NCBI GenBank assembly: GCA_964016885.1
Contig: OZ024741.1
Location: 321,098,001-321,162,000, forward strand
From: Eledone cirrhosa
Lineage: Eukaryota
Direction: 5' to 3'
DNA: 64,000 bases
The notes below the pieces were generated by a model. The model saw nothing but the letters and a program-made list of their open reading frames with translations, searched no databases and was not told the origin of the DNA. Below, piece by piece: positions 60,074 to 64,000 of the stretch. How positions within the stretch are numbered: the first letter of the stretch is position 1; each line of letters opens with the position of its first letter. The position numbers and the translations under genes are program-made.

Positions 60074-63000
60074 TTCACTTCGAAATTATCTCGTTTATGT
60101 TAAAGAAGCACGAACGTTATTTGCATGAAGGATTTTCTTTAGAAACAGAAAGGTGCATTTCTTGTTGCAGATTTTTCCTTTATTGTTATTATTTTTGTTA
60201 TATCAATTTTATCTCCTTCTTTCACCTTTATGTATTTCTACCTTTCTCTTACTCCTCTCTCTCCTTCCTTTTCTATATCTATCTCTATCTCGGTATCGAC
60301 TTTGCTTCTTTTATCTTCTATCTTCGTTTCTCTTTCTTTTCTATCGTTCTTCCTATCTAAGAATGAGGAATGTTCAATAATCAGAGTTTGGTTTCACCTG
60401 ACCAAATGTCAGTGCATAATTTCATTGTAGCTTCAACATATATATATATCCATATGTGCGTGCGTGTTTATGTGTATGTGTGTGTATTTACGTGTGAGTG
60501 TGTGTGTGTGTGTGTATGAATGTGTGTGTGTGATAGAAAGAATCGGATTCACAGTGATTTATTCCAAGCAAATAAACAAAAGCAAGCTAAAATATCATTC
60601 AGTTATCTTATTTGAGGAAAATAACAACTAAATATAAAAAAAAGCGAAAGTTATTTATTATTTTTTTAATGTCGAGTATTTGATTGATAGAGATCTGGAA
60701 ACGAAAATAAGAAAACAACAGAGAAAATTGTGGGCGATAAAAGAAAAAGAAAAAAGAAATAAATTAAACAAATGGATGGAATTCTCCGAAATGATTCTGA
60801 CAGATAAACAAATAAATTTAGGAATGGTAATGAAGAAAGAAAGGATGCTGTTGTTGCTGCTAAGGCTGATGATAATGATGATTGCGGTTTTGGTGGTGGT
60901 GAGATTAAAGTGACGGTAGTGTTGGTAGGTTTGGTGTTATGTGTTGTTATTATGGCGATGTTGACGATGATGGAGTAGTTGCTTTCACTTTGGATTTTTT
61001 TACTTCCAGTTTGGATCACTTTCATTTGCGAAGGGTTACTTCCATTTTCGAACGGTTTCTTTCAGTTTTCGTTGCATAAATAAATTCCAATCAGGTTATC
61101 CATTTAAAAATTCTCATATTATTATTACAGAAGTTATAGTTGCATTTTGCTGTTGCTATTGCTGGTGTTTTAATTGTGGTTATTAATACTTTTTTTTATT
61201 TTTGATATATATAGTTTATTAGTTCTTTACATTTTGCTCAATTTCAGACATTTTTTCTTATCTAACTTTATATCTTATTCTTTTTATGTATCCATTTTTA
61301 TATATTTTGCATATTATATATACATATATATATATATGTGTATGTATATGTTTGTATATGAGTATGGATATATGTATATATGTTTATATATTATATCATA
61401 TCATATCATAACATAATATTTATATTATATTATATTATATTATAACATATCATATAACATATAGTATATCGTATTTTATAAATTTTTAGTTTTTGTTTAT
61501 GAGGTTCATGCGTTTGTTTCCTAGTTTTTATCGTTGTTCCAGTTATTGTTGTTCATAGTGACAATGGCAATGACGACGATGATCATGCTAATGAGGATGA
61601 TGAAGAAGTGGAGAATTATAATGATAATGATGGTGTGATGGTGAAGACGAGATTGGGCTGAGGGGGGGGGGGGTGATAGCGTTCTTCGTTGATGTTGTGG
61701 CAGCTGTATACTGTCGGATAAAATGTCTTGTGCTATTTAGTTAAAGCCCTTTACGATCAATAAAACTATGTACCAATGAAGTACTTGGGTCGATTTAGAT
61801 TCCTACTTTTCTGTCATTGTTAGACAATTATCACTTGCGCTGGTAAAGCTTTTATTTTGTTATTACTGCTGATATTATTACTACGATAGACGTTTGTAGT
61901 TATTATCTATCTAGCAATCCGTGATTTTATATATCTGTCTACCTGCCTATCTACTTCTTTAATTATCTATCTATCTTCCTTTATATAAAACCCCACGCCT
62001 ACTATAATCTTTTTTCCGTGTTTATTACTTTGCTATAATCGCCAAACAAATGTGAAATTGATTTTAATTGACATTATTATTATTAATAATAATAATAAAA
62101 ATAATAATAACAATAATAATGATAATAACGCAGCGTATTTGTCAAAAGAAGTGTTTTTCAGATGAAGACACTTTAAAAGATCTCTTGCTAATTTCTCGTT
62201 TAACGTTCCGTATAATATCCTTCCTAATGTATAAGATGGATTCCATTGATTGTTCGATAATATTACTTCTTTCTTGGGCAGATGCTGCTATTTTACAGTC
62301 CACTGGTTCCGCTGTGACGTATATTCTCTCTGACAAGCCACAATATGTCGCCATAATGGACTGACACAACTTTATATTGTTCATTAAATGTCGGCCGTCA
62401 CGATAAAGATAAACTAAAGAGTGGCTCGCTATTTTTGTTTTTATGTGGTATGAAGGCAGAATAAAAGGAAAAGGAGTACAAAATGAAGATAGAAGCACTC
62501 AGAGAGTCTTTTAAAGTAAAGAGAGAGACGAAGGGAGAGGTAGATGTTTTTTCTGCTTTTTAATTTTTCATTTGTGGCTTATTTATTATGGTGGGGCGGG
62601 GAGGAAGTTATTTTTAATTATTTTAATTTAATTTCCTCAAGCATTATCTTTTTCTGTTTATTTGTCTCTCTGTTTTCTTTCTTTTGCTTTTGTTTTGTTT
62701 TTCGCTTTTATATGGGAGGAGTAAGTCTGGTGAAATGAGTATATAATTATTTTGTTTAGCTTCTATTTTACTTTGGTGTCTGCGTAGGATGGAACGGGGC
62801 AATGTATTTGTATTTTATTTTAGATTTATTTACTTGATAATATTGTATTGTCTTTATTGTTGGCTGATGATGGTGATGTTTGGTTAGTTCTGATGAACCA
62901 CTCAGTCTCGTAACAGGAACAATATATAACGATACTTAATACCAATTAGTGGATAAATCAGCAGATGATGAGACTACTAGTGGTAGTGAAGATGGTGGTT

Positions 63001-63439
63001 GAATAACAATAATAATAACAACAATTGTACCCAATGACATGCAATTGAATTACCTAAGAACTCTGAAATATTTTTGTTGTTGTTTTATTGTTTATTACCA
63101 TTATTTGTTTCTTTGTTGTTATTGTTGTAGTTGATGTTGCTGTTGTTTTAATTATATTATTTGACAAACAGAAATATATCTCTGTTTATTTTTCTTTCAG
63201 TTAAAATTCTTATTCCTTTTTTGTTGGTTCAATAACATTTTAAAGATAGTTGGAATTGTGTTGCGTATCGTGGCACCTTATACGATGCACTACATTGTAC
63301 AGGAAATGGAATTCAACCAGGAAATCGTAAAGGCGAGGCATCATCTGAAAACGAAAAGAGATGAAACAAGAATTAATTAACATTTCAATAATTCACATGA
63401 AAACCAATTCAAGATGTAATATAATTAACAGTTATATAA

Positions 63440-63815
63440 TAATTGTTTCTACTTTTGGCACAAGGCCAGCAATTACCCCAGTGCATTACTGGTACTTTAT
63501 TTTATCTACCCAGCAAGGATGAAAGGCAAAGGTAACCTCGGCGGGATTTGAACTTGTAGCGCATAGGGCCATAACTCTATGCTACAAAACACGGTGTCCA
63601 ACGCTCTACCGATTCTGCCAATATATAATAATTGTTTCTACTTTTGATACAAGGCCAGCAATTACCCAGTACATTACTGGTACTTTATTTTATCGACTCC
63701 GTAAGGATGAAAGGCAAAGTTAACCTAGACGGGATTTGAACTCAGACCGTAAAGGGGCGTAACTATGCTAGAAAGCATGGCGTCCGACCCTCTACCGATA
63801 CTGTCCATCCACCGC
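63440..63815 (-). mobile_element. Two tandem tRNA-derived SINEs
   Basis: Match the SINE consensus. Confidence 0.88.
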
Positions 63816-64000
63816 CCTCTGCCAATATATAATAATACGGGGAGAGTAGATATTGATTACCCCTTATACGTACATGTTTTATATGTATATATGAGTGGTT
63901 TAAATAGATCCGAAAACTTGTTGGATGGATCGCTTTTTTTCTTTACCCACAGAGAGATTGTATAGTCATCTGTTTACATTTTATCTGTTTATCCAATTTC

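Overview
AT-rich, microsatellite-dense animal genomic DNA. A cephalopod such as Octopus is likely; this is inferred from the tRNA-derived SINE family and the repeat landscape. There is one host gene: an intronless aminergic GPCR resembling beta-type octopamine receptors (59078-60073, minus strand). The rest is mobile DNA: a head-to-tail array of Tx1/L1-clade LINEs in (ATT)n tracts (one with an intact 1139-aa ORF2), truncated Tx1 copies, two GIY-YIG Penelope-like fragments, CRE and RTE fragments, a rearranged mariner, MITEs and many SINEs. The most striking unannotated signal is about 15 type I hammerhead-ribozyme (HHR) motifs from at least 7 unrelated sequence families. They have palindromic stem III, and three families have a U3-A8 core instead of C3-G8. 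They sit in non-coding elements in (TA)n tracts that are built either as fold-back palindromes (86 bp to 2.5 kb) or as a retrozyme-like unit with direct repeats (10293-11437). All structures were read by eye; none was computed or tested.
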